Assembly: GCA_044222185.1 (NCBI GenBank)
Contig: JBGANV010000005.1
Coordinates: 96,001-160,000 of the forward strand
Direction of reading: 5' to 3'
DNA from: Planctomycetota bacterium
GTDB lineage: Bacteria > Planctomycetota > GCA-002687715 > CAIWVZ01
DNA: 64,000 bases
The notes beneath the pieces were generated by a model, which did no database searches, was not told the origin of the DNA, and saw only the letters and a list, made by a program, of their open reading frames with translations. Both the position numbers and the translations under genes were made by a program. Shown here piece after piece: positions 39,039 to 47,039 of the stretch (its first letter is position 1; the number at the start of each line of letters is the position of its first letter).

Positions 39039-40595
39039 TCAGCGACCCGGGCGCGCGGCCGGGCGCGGGGCTCCGGGTGCGGGCGGTGTCGCCCGCGGCG
39101 CCGGGGGCGGCGGAGTCCGGGGCGCGACCAGGTCGGAATCATCCCGACTCGACTCCTGGAGGAGACTCACGACGCGCTGGTAGAGGGCGACGTTGTCGAG
39201 GACCGCGAGCGGCTGGTGCGCCTCGTCGAGCAGGACGAGCCGGACGATGCCCGACCCGATCCGGGTGAGCACGGGAACGACGTTCTTCCCTTGGCAGAAC
39301 TCCTGAACGTTCTCCGGGATCCGCGGAGATGCCGAAGCCGCCCCCGATTCTTCAGGCATGGGCGCCGTCGACAGGTGCGTGCCGGACGTGCTGATCTCGA
39401 GCCTGATGTTCCCGTTGCCCGTGAACGTGAAGCCGTAGAACCGTCCCCACAACCCGGGAAGGGGAACGGACGTCCGGCGGTCCGCGCCTTCGCTCAACAC
39501 GGCGATCTGCGAGAGGCGATCGCCGGGCATGAACGGGAGGCTGGCGAAGTCGCGGTGGAGGTGAGCGAGCACGGACGCGGCATCGGCCACACTGCCCATC
39601 TGAAGCAGCGTTTCCGCCTTGAAGTAGCGAGCCATGGGCGCCACGGGGCCGTCGGCATAACGGGACTCGACGTACCCGTAGCCATTCAGCGCGGAGCGCA
39701 GGCTCCCCTTCAAACGGTCGTGCTTGGCGTTGAGGAAGGCCATCTCGTCGCTGTTCAACCGCGCGAAAAGAGTCTCGACGGACTTCGAGTCCTTCTGGCC
39801 GCGGAATGAAGCACCGCCTGCGAGCGGAGCGACGACCGCGCGCATGGGCTCGAGAGAGTTCAGGAGCGGCGTCGTCTTCGCGAGCATGCGAAGTTGTTGC
39901 ACGGCCTCGACGCCGGCCGAGGGGTCCGACAGCACGTGATCGAATCGCGCGAGGAGATCCTCGCTGTCTCGCAGGTAGCGGCGGATGTCCTCCGCGGAGT
40001 CGCCGGCCGCCCTCTCGAACGACGCCCCGCGGATCCGCTTGGTGAGGCCCGCGAAGTCGACGCGCGCCAGGTCAGCGCGCATCAGATCGACGCCGTGCTC
40101 GCCCATGGAGTCGGGAATCTGCCCCGCGGTCCGGACGAGGAGGTCGCTGGCATCGACGTGATCACGCAGCTCGGACGGAAGGGAGAACATGGACGCGGCG
40201 GTCGCCAGTGTGTTCTCGTTGGATGGAACGTGCGGGTGCACGATGTCGCCGCCTGCCGACTCCTGCCCGGCACGGAAGAGGAGGACGTTGGAGCTGACGA
40301 ATCCCAGGGTGATGATGACGGCGGCCGCGACGCGGCCCAGGCGCCAGCCCCGACGGGCGGCGATCGACGGCGGGGAATCCATCCCCGGCGGCTCGATCGG
40401 AAGGGGGAACCGCGGCGGGACCGTCGTGGGCGGAGCCGCGCGGAGCGCCGAGAACACCCGGTCATAAAGCTGCTGCTCCGCCGCGCACCCTGGGCACGCT
40501 GCGACGTGCGCGTCGACGGCAACCTGCGCCTCGAGGTCGAGACGTCCGTCGAGCGCTTCCGAAAACTGGGATCGGCACGAGGTGCAATCCATCAC
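39039..40595 (-). CDS. Membrane-anchored zinc-finger (zf-HC2) anti-sigma factor with large extracytoplasmic domain
   Basis: 'MDC...ALDGRL...AHVAACPGC' (HxxxCxxC), one TM, TPR-like 'MARYFKAETLLQMG'; overlaps the ECF stop. Confidence 0.88.
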   Translation of the reverse strand: MMDCTSCRSQFSEALDGRLDLEAQVAVDAHVAACPGCAAEQQLYDRVFSALRAAPPTTVPPRFPLPIEPPGMDSPPSIAARRGWRLGRVAAAVIITLGFVSSNVLLFRAGQESAGGDIVHPHVPSNENTLATAASMFSLPSELRDHVDASDLLVRTAGQIPDSMGEHGVDLMRADLARVDFAGLTKRIRGASFERAAGDSAEDIRRYLRDSEDLLARFDHVLSDPSAGVEAVQQLRMLAKTTPLLNSLEPMRAVVAPLAGGASFRGQKDSKSVETLFARLNSDEMAFLNAKHDRLKGSLRSALNGYGYVESRYADGPVAPMARYFKAETLLQMGSVADAASVLAHLHRDFASLPFMPGDRLSQIAVLSEGADRRTSVPLPGLWGRFYGFTFTGNGNIRLEISTSGTHLSTAPMPEESGAASASPRIPENVQEFCQGKNVVPVLTRIGSGIVRLVLLDEAHQPLAVLDNVALYQRVVSLLQESSRDDSDLVAPRTPPPPAPRATPPAPGAPRPAARPGR

Positions 40596-41242
40596 GACCC
40601 TCGCTTCAACTCAGCGGCGAACGGCATGTCGCCGAGGAACTTCTTGAACCGCTCCAGGAACCGGTCGCGCGCCCGCGACAACCGCGAGGACACCGTCTTC
40701 ACGGGGCATCCGATGATCTCGGCGGCGTCCTCGTAGGACAGTCCCTGGATCGCGCACAACACGAACACTTCGCGGAGCTTGACCGACAAGGTCGAGAGGA
40801 CCTCGTGGACCCGCGACTCGAATTCCGACCGCAAGGCCTCGGCCTCGGGTCCGTGATGCTCGATGGCCGCCGGCTCGGCCACCGCGTCGCCCTGGTCCTT
40901 GCCCGACCCGCCGATGGGAACCGACGGGATGCGCTTCAGTCTCAGGAAGTCGATGCAGGCGTTTCGGGCCACGGCATAGATCCAGGTCAGGAAACGCCCA
41001 CGCGGGTCGAACGCACGAGGGTTCCGGTAGACCTTCAGGAACACCTCCTGCGTCAGGTCGTCCGCCGAATCCCGGTTGCCCACGAATCGTTGGATGAAGA
41101 CGTGGATCCGACCGGCATGGCGCTCATACAGCTGCTCGAAAGCGGCAACGCTGCCATCCATGAGACGGACCATCAGAGTCTCGTCCGACTCGGCTTTGGA
41201 CAACGCGGTGTCGTTCAAGGCAAACCGTTTCAGCGCAAGCAT
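40592..41242 (-). CDS. ECF-type RNA polymerase sigma factor
   Basis: 'AFEQLYERH', 'ADDLTQEVFLKVY', 'FLTWIYAVARNACID', 'GLSYEDAAEIIGCPVKTVSSRLSRAR'. Confidence 0.95.
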   Translation of the reverse strand: MLALKRFALNDTALSKAESDETLMVRLMDGSVAAFEQLYERHAGRIHVFIQRFVGNRDSADDLTQEVFLKVYRNPRAFDPRGRFLTWIYAVARNACIDFLRLKRIPSVPIGGSGKDQGDAVAEPAAIEHHGPEAEALRSEFESRVHEVLSTLSVKLREVFVLCAIQGLSYEDAAEIIGCPVKTVSSRLSRARDRFLERFKKFLGDMPFAAELKRGS

Positions 41243-41373
41243 TTATTCGGCAACGAGGCCTGCGTGGGAGTCTCGTACCGCACTTAGGTACGAGCGCGCA
41301 ACCGTTGCGCTCCATCGGCGACGGCCGAACCCGGAGAGAACCCGGCGACGCGACGATGTTACGGTCCGCGCCC

Positions 41374-42300
41374 ATGACGACCGAGTCACCCACCGGCGAG
41401 ACGCCGGCAGCTTCGCCCTCCCCCCTCGGCCAGGACCGGCTGCTGACGCTGATCCTGCCAGAGGTCGGGGTGCGCCTCGTCCTCGTGGACGCCTCCGCCA
41501 CGGCCTTCGAAGCCGAGTTCCGTCACCTTTGCGGACGCTGCTCCGCCGAGGTGACTGCGCGGGCGATCGTCGGCAACGTGCTCCTTGGCGCCGATCTGAA
41601 GGGCGACGAGCGGCTGAGCATCCAGCTCACCTCGAATGGCCCGGTCGGCGGGTTCCTCACGGAGGTGGACGCAGACCTTCGCGTCCGGGGCTACCCCACC
41701 CGCAAGGTCATGCGGAAACTGGACGTGGGGACCATGAAGTACTCCGAGGCCCTGGGCACCGAGGGACGAATGGTCCTGCTGCGAAGCACGGCCGCGGGCG
41801 TCGTGTACCAGGGCGTGACCGAGCTCGCGGAACGTGACATCGCGACGGACCTCGAGCGCCACCTGCGCGAGTCCCAGCAAATCCCGTCCGTCCTGTGCAT
41901 CGACCACGGCTATGGCCGGCAGCTGACTCACGCCGTCGGTTTCCTCATGCAGGCGCTTCCCGGAGTCGAGGAGGTGGCATTCGACGAGCTCGCGCGTCAG
42001 ATCCGAGGCCGCGTGGGCGCGGCGCGCCCCTTCGACCGCACCCTCGAGAGACTGGTCGAGAAGGTCCTGCCCCCCGACGTCACATATCAGGTCCTCGGGG
42101 AGCGCGCGCCGAGGTTCCAATGCCGCTGTTCGCGGGAGCGCGTCGTCAGCACCCTGCGCTCGATCGGTCCGCCGGATGACGGCCAGGGCTACCCGGAGAT
42201 CAGCCGGGTGACGTGCGCGTTCTGCAACGACACCTACGAGATCCCGTCGGCCGAGATCGATGCCGCCGGCGGAGCCGGCAGGCCGGCTTCGTCAGGCTGA
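41374..42300 (+). CDS. hslO: Hsp33-family redox-regulated chaperone
   Basis: 'LSIQLTSNGPVGG...VRGY', 'YQGVTEL', 'ESQQIPS', 'GFLMQALPG', zinc-switch 'FQCRCSRER...TCAFCNDTY'. Confidence 0.92.
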   Translation: MTTESPTGETPAASPSPLGQDRLLTLILPEVGVRLVLVDASATAFEAEFRHLCGRCSAEVTARAIVGNVLLGADLKGDERLSIQLTSNGPVGGFLTEVDADLRVRGYPTRKVMRKLDVGTMKYSEALGTEGRMVLLRSTAAGVVYQGVTELAERDIATDLERHLRESQQIPSVLCIDHGYGRQLTHAVGFLMQALPGVEEVAFDELARQIRGRVGAARPFDRTLERLVEKVLPPDVTYQVLGERAPRFQCRCSRERVVSTLRSIGPPDDGQGYPEISRVTCAFCNDTYEIPSAEIDAAGGAGRPASSG

Positions 42301-42579
42301 CGCCAGGGCGCGACTGATCAGCCAGGCCGTCAGCGCGAGCGCGGCCACGACGCAGAACACGAGGATTCCGCGGCCGACACGCAACGCCCCCGGAGTCGCC
42401 ATCGGTGCCCCGAACGGGTGCATCCCGTGCTCGAGGGCGCGGAACTGTTCCAGCTTGGCTCGGCACGGCTCGCAACGCTCCAGGTGAACCTCGACGCGCA
42501 TGGGGGTCTCCGGCGCGAATCGCGTGGTTCGCGTTCGGACCCACTCGAGGAACGCGACGTCCGAGAGGTGCGAGGACAT
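42292..42579 (-). CDS. Small zf-HC2 anti-sigma-like membrane protein (95 aa)
   Basis: 'MSSHLSD...VEVHLERCEPCRAKL' (HxxxCxxC) plus a C-terminal TM; extended -10-like TGTTAGAAC 7 nt before the ATG. Confidence 0.65.
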   Translation of the reverse strand: MSSHLSDVAFLEWVRTRTTRFAPETPMRVEVHLERCEPCRAKLEQFRALEHGMHPFGAPMATPGALRVGRGILVFCVVAALALTAWLISRALASA

Positions 42580-43141
42580 GGCCGGCGTTCTAACAGCGGG
42601 ATGCGGACGACCTGAAACCTTCCGGACGGAGCGGCCGTACGATGCCCCGGAACCGACGGAGCCCGCAATCGCCTCAACCTTCGATGGATTCGTCGAGCAG
42701 CACGGCCGCCGCATCCTCTCGCTGCTGCAGGGAATCCTGCAGAACCGAGCGGACGCCGACGACGCCTGTCAGGAGACGCTGCATGCCCTTTGGCTCGCGC
42801 ATCGCCGACTCGAACCCGGGAGAGATCCCTGGCCTTTCATCCGGCGGACCGCCGTTCGGAAGGCCATCGACCTCCGCCGAGCCCGTCCCGTCGCGGTGCA
42901 GCTCCCACCCGAGGGTCCGGCCGGCTCCGCACCGACCGCCGGCGATGACGGCATCCGCCTCGAGTTGGCAGCCCTCGCGCCGAGTTGGCGGACCGCCATC
43001 GTCCTCTTCTTCTGGGAGGGGCTCACCGTGCGCGAAGTTGCCACCGAGATGGGTGCCACCGAGGGCGCCGTCAAGACGTGGCTGTTCCGCGGACGCGAGC
43101 GGCTCCGAGCTCAACTCGCCGTTCGAAAGGAGGCGCCATGA
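42578..43141 (+). CDS. ECF-type RNA polymerase sigma factor (start uncertain: ATG 42578 or ATC 42668)
   Basis: 'DADDACQETL', 'PWPFIRRTAVRKAID', 'IVLFFWEGLTVREVATEMGATEGAVKTWLFRGRERLR'. Confidence 0.88.
   Translation: MAGVLTAGCGRPETFRTERPYDAPEPTEPAIASTFDGFVEQHGRRILSLLQGILQNRADADDACQETLHALWLAHRRLEPGRDPWPFIRRTAVRKAIDLRRARPVAVQLPPEGPAGSAPTAGDDGIRLELAALAPSWRTAIVLFFWEGLTVREVATEMGATEGAVKTWLFRGRERLRAQLAVRKEAP
42613..42639 (+). promoter_or_regulatory. Putative ECF autoregulatory promoter
   Basis: TGAAAC(42613-42618)-N17-CGTA(42636-42639), similar to the SigW-type TGAAAC-N16-CGTA consensus. Confidence 0.45.
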
Positions 43142-43599
43142 ACTGTGACACCCTGCGCCGCCGTCTCCTCTTGGACGATCCGGACGCCCGGTTCGACGAG
43201 TCCGCCCGGGAGCATCTGGCTGGTTGTCGCCAGTGCCGTGAGGCGCTCCCCGAGGTCGTCTGGCTGACGACGGCGTCTGCCGAGATCCCTGACCCGCTTC
43301 GCACGTTCGTCGCGCCGAGGCCCCGCCGGTCCGCGCCCCGCACGCTGACGGCCGCAGCAGCCGTGCTGTTCGCCGTCGCCATCGTCGTCTTCGACCGTGC
43401 CTGCGAACCCCCGGCGACGGCGCCGCCGCCGGCAGCCACGCCAGCGGTGCAAGACACGCTGCCCGAGGGGCGCCGGCAGCCTCTCGCTTCGCTCCACCCC
43501 AGCTTCGAACGCACACGCGTGCTCGTCCGCGACGGCGTCCGCATCGAGTCACGACTCGACCTGCGCCGACTCTCTCCACTGACTCGAACAGGAGACTGA
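43138..43599 (+). CDS. zf-HC2 anti-sigma factor
   Basis: AAGGAGG RBS, ATGA overlap with the ECF stop; 'MNC...EHLAGCRQC'; TM 'LTAAAAVLFAVAIVVF'. Confidence 0.85.
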   Translation: MNCDTLRRRLLLDDPDARFDESAREHLAGCRQCREALPEVVWLTTASAEIPDPLRTFVAPRPRRSAPRTLTAAAAVLFAVAIVVFDRACEPPATAPPPAATPAVQDTLPEGRRQPLASLHPSFERTRVLVRDGVRIESRLDLRRLSPLTRTGD

Positions 43600-43603
43600 C
43601 CCC

Positions 43604-44935
43604 GTGACCTTCAAACGCACCCAGTGGCTGATTGCCATCGCGCTGGCGACGGCACTTGCAGCGAGCCTTCAGGCCCAGACGCCGACGGGAGAACGACCGG
43701 CGGGCGGACCCACGGAACCCAAGTCCGAGAAAGTCCCATTCCTCGGCGAACTTCCCCTGCTCTCGACCCTCTTCACGAAGGCGGGCGGCCACAATGGGCT
43801 CGCGGGGGGCGACCCGCTCTGGTTCGTCCTCGAAGACCAGGATCTCGGAACCGTGGATCCGTCGGTGAACCTGACCGCAGCCACGCTCCCCTTCGCGCGC
43901 CGTTGGCTGCTCGCGAGCCTTCGCCGCGAGGTGCCGGAACTCCAGTCTGCGACGCTCGTCGAGAACATCACGACGCGCTACCTGGACGGGGCCCGCCGAG
44001 TCCAGGTGCGCCGCGGCATCGACGTGGCCGGCCCCCCGACCGCAGTGACCCGGGCGCGCGAGTACCTCACGCGATGCGACGCCGTGCGCAAGCGCCGGGT
44101 GTCTTTCGAGCTCTACGCATTGACCGCGCCTTCGACCTCCGACGCCGGCGCGCAACACGACGGAGGCGTGGCACTCGTCGACCGTTCGGCGTTCGAGAAA
44201 CGCCGGCGCCAACTGAAGGCGATGCCCGGCGGCACGGAGGTCGCGCTGCCGCGACTCACGCTCGTCAACGGAGTGGAAGGCAACGTCTTCGCCGGGGATC
44301 GCGTCGCCTACGTGAAGGACTTCAAGGTCGAAGTCGTTGCGTCCGCGGCCATCGCCGACCCGGTCATCGCGACGGTGAACGACGGGATCACGGTGACGCT
44401 GGCGCCTGCAGTCCACCCCGATGGGAAGACCGTCTCCCTGGAAGCGGCCGTCGTCGCCGAGAGTCTGCGCCGCCCCATCGAGGACGCCGAGCTGACGACG
44501 CTCGGCTCGCGCAAGGTGACGATCCAGACCCCCGACACGGCGGTGTCGCGGTGGAGTTCGTCGGACCTCCTCATCGGCGAAGGCTTCGAGGGGTTCGTCG
44601 TCGAGGGGCTCGGCTATTACCTGTCGAACGAAGCCTGGGGGAAAGAGGGGCCGCGCCGACTCGAGGTCTGGGTCCTGTTGAAGGTGGAGCCCGATGCCGC
44701 CGCGGACGTGCCGCCGACTGGCTCGGTCCTCGGCGTCGACAGCGGGCGCGTGATCGTCCGATGGCCGGACGCGACGGCCGAACGCCCCCGCGGAGGAGTT
44801 CCGACACAGGACAAGTTCTCGATCGTCCGGGACGAAATGGTCGTCGGCGAAGCGATGCTCGTCGAGCAGATCGGAACCGTCACCGTGCTGACGCTCCAGA
44901 AGGGCGAGGCCCGCATCGGCGACGGCGTCCGCTGA
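43604..44935 (+). CDS. Short secretin-like (GspD/PilQ-related) outer-membrane protein
   Basis: Signal ending LQA-QT; 'KVPFLGELPLLSTLF'; core 'PRLTLVNG.EG.VF.G..VAYVKDF.VEV....IADPVIATVNDGITVTLAPAVHPDGKTVSLE'; ACAGGAGA RBS. Confidence 0.7.
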   Translation: MTFKRTQWLIAIALATALAASLQAQTPTGERPAGGPTEPKSEKVPFLGELPLLSTLFTKAGGHNGLAGGDPLWFVLEDQDLGTVDPSVNLTAATLPFARRWLLASLRREVPELQSATLVENITTRYLDGARRVQVRRGIDVAGPPTAVTRAREYLTRCDAVRKRRVSFELYALTAPSTSDAGAQHDGGVALVDRSAFEKRRRQLKAMPGGTEVALPRLTLVNGVEGNVFAGDRVAYVKDFKVEVVASAAIADPVIATVNDGITVTLAPAVHPDGKTVSLEAAVVAESLRRPIEDAELTTLGSRKVTIQTPDTAVSRWSSSDLLIGEGFEGFVVEGLGYYLSNEAWGKEGPRRLEVWVLLKVEPDAAADVPPTGSVLGVDSGRVIVRWPDATAERPRGGVPTQDKFSIVRDEMVVGEAMLVEQIGTVTVLTLQKGEARIGDGVR

Positions 44936-44941
44936 ATCCGC

Positions 44942-45343
44942 TCACTCGTCGCCACGGAAACCGCGATCACGTTTTCGCGCCGAGCTGCGCTTCTTGTCCT
45001 CGAGCCGCCGGCGCTCGGATCCCCGCGTCGGCTTGGTCGCGACCCGCGGGATTACGCGGCGCGACGCGTGGCGAAGCATGTCCTCGATCTTGGCCACGCA
45101 CTCGTCGAGGTTCTGCGACCGCGTCCTGTGACGGCTCGACGTCACGACGAGCTCCCCCCCGCTCGTGATCCGAGTTCGCTGGTCTTGCAGGAGGCGGAGA
45201 CGCGCGGCGTCGGGGATCCAATCCGCGTCCCGAACGACGAAGCGGATCTCCACCTTCGTCTCCACCTTGTTGACGTTCTGCCCGCCCGGTCCGCCGGATC
45301 GGGCGTAGCTGATGGTGAGGCGGTCGAGCGGAATGGGGTTCAA
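44942..45343 (-). CDS. arfB: Alternative ribosome rescue aminoacyl-tRNA hydrolase ArfB (YaeJ)
   Basis: 'ARSGGPGGQNVNKVETKVEIRF', 'SSRHRTRSQN', basic tail 'RVATKPTRGSERRRLEDKK'. Confidence 0.93.
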   Translation of the reverse strand: MNPIPLDRLTISYARSGGPGGQNVNKVETKVEIRFVVRDADWIPDAARLRLLQDQRTRITSGGELVVTSSRHRTRSQNLDECVAKIEDMLRHASRRVIPRVATKPTRGSERRRLEDKKRSSARKRDRGFRGDE

Positions 45344-45365
45344 AGGACCTCGTCTTTCGCGAACG

Positions 45366-46922
45366 TCACTCGTTGGTGAGCGTCAGGAACGTGTTCGCGT
45401 TGATGGGGAGCGTCACACCGAACCCGGGCGGCGTCGCAGGGTCCGTTCCGAACGGCACGACGGTGTTGGTGGTCGCGACGACGTAGGCCTTGCGCATCGT
45501 GGCCGAGCGAATCGGCACGAGAACGTTCTGCAGCGTTCCGGCGAAACTCGCGACCACCGTCGGCGTGAACGACAGGGGGCTCACGACCTCGAGCGATGCC
45601 TGGCCCGGCGCCGAGCATCCCGCAAATGGGCACATGAGCAGCCACTCCGAACCGCCAGGCGACAGCTCCATCTGCGAGAGCCCGCTGCCGATCGCCAGGG
45701 AGTTCTGCAAGAGGAACGTGGCCGCGTCGTATCGGAACATCGTCGCCGCGCCCGCCGAGTACACGTAGACCGAGGTCCCGAAGGCTCCGGGCCCGACGCG
45801 GATCATCTGTGCCGGCAACGCCGTGGCGATCGTCGTGGGGCCGGGAAATACGAGGCCGTGGGTCGCCACGTTCACGGCATTCATCGCGGCGGGCGTGCCT
45901 CCGCCGAAGATGCCGGTCGTGCCGCCGAGCAGGCAATAGAGAACGCCGTTGTCGAGAACCCAATCGGCGATCACGCCGCTGCCGGTCCCGATCGTGATCG
46001 AAGGCAACGTGAGGCCCAGTGCCGAGTCGAACGGGATCACGGTGTTGCCCGCGCGCAGATACACGAACGACGACCCGGGAATGCGGATCATCGCATCGGG
46101 GTTCCCGTTGTTCGCGGTCGTGGTCGAAAGCAGCGAGAGCGTCGCCGCCGAATACACACGGACCGTCCCCGGGACGCCGCCTGAAAACGGGCTCGGCGGT
46201 GTGCCTGGCCAGCTGACGACGATCCGATCGTCGACGGAGACGACTCGCGTCGGCGTCCCAGCAGACGTGGGGAAGGTGATCGTCCCCACCGTCGTGCCGT
46301 TGGCATCGTCGATGAGCCTCAGGGTGTTGTTTGCGAGAAGGACGGCGATCGCGTCCCTGGACGGGATGCGCGCGACGTCGAACACGTACGCGGGAAATTG
46401 CACGGTGACGCCGAACACGTCCGTCATGGCGTCGTAGGCCGTCATCGCGCCGGGGGTCGAGCCGAACGGGCTGATCACGCCCTGGTTCACGAAGTAGATC
46501 CGTGGCGGACGAAAACGCACGCTCACTCCGTTGCTCAAGGCGAATCCCGACGTCTGAGCGGTGTCCGCGACGGCGGCCGCCAGGAACAGCCTCAGGTCCG
46601 TGAGCGACGTGGAGAGGGGCAGGACCCCGGACAGCGTGAACGAACCGCCCGAGTCGAGAGCGATCGGTACGAGCTGAAGCGCAGGCGAGAGCCCGACGCA
46701 TACGGTTCCGATCGGCGTCACGACCGGTCCCCCGACCGCATCCAAGGCCAGCACGCCTTGCGCGTAGGCCGTGCCGAAGATCCCCATGGCCCAAGGGTCG
46801 CCCAGCCGGCCTCCGTCGAGCGCAAGCGAGAGCCCCTGCGGCGGACACGACGTCTGGCCGACCAGGACCGCCGACACGAGGAGCAAGATCGACACCGGGT
46901 GACGCAGGGTGGATGGAGACAT
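45366..46922 (-). CDS. Exported beta-propeller (YncE-like) protein with the putative sorting-type domain at its N-terminus
   Basis: Signal ending LVG-QT; N-domain ending 'LPLSTSLTDLRLFLAAAVADTAQTSGFALSNGVSVRF'; then beta-strand-rich repeats ('RIYFVNQG', 'FVYLRAG', 'KAYVV'). Confidence 0.78.
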   Translation of the reverse strand: MSPSTLRHPVSILLLVSAVLVGQTSCPPQGLSLALDGGRLGDPWAMGIFGTAYAQGVLALDAVGGPVVTPIGTVCVGLSPALQLVPIALDSGGSFTLSGVLPLSTSLTDLRLFLAAAVADTAQTSGFALSNGVSVRFRPPRIYFVNQGVISPFGSTPGAMTAYDAMTDVFGVTVQFPAYVFDVARIPSRDAIAVLLANNTLRLIDDANGTTVGTITFPTSAGTPTRVVSVDDRIVVSWPGTPPSPFSGGVPGTVRVYSAATLSLLSTTTANNGNPDAMIRIPGSSFVYLRAGNTVIPFDSALGLTLPSITIGTGSGVIADWVLDNGVLYCLLGGTTGIFGGGTPAAMNAVNVATHGLVFPGPTTIATALPAQMIRVGPGAFGTSVYVYSAGAATMFRYDAATFLLQNSLAIGSGLSQMELSPGGSEWLLMCPFAGCSAPGQASLEVVSPLSFTPTVVASFAGTLQNVLVPIRSATMRKAYVVATTNTVVPFGTDPATPPGFGVTLPINANTFLTLTNE

Positions 46923-47039
46923 GGTGGCGGGAATCTCGCGGAATGATGGAAGGTTGTCGTCAGACGCTGGGCGATGTCGCCGGTATTGTAGTCAGCCCGC
47001 GCCGGGGTTCGCCGCCCGGGCTGACGCGCGAACCGCGCA

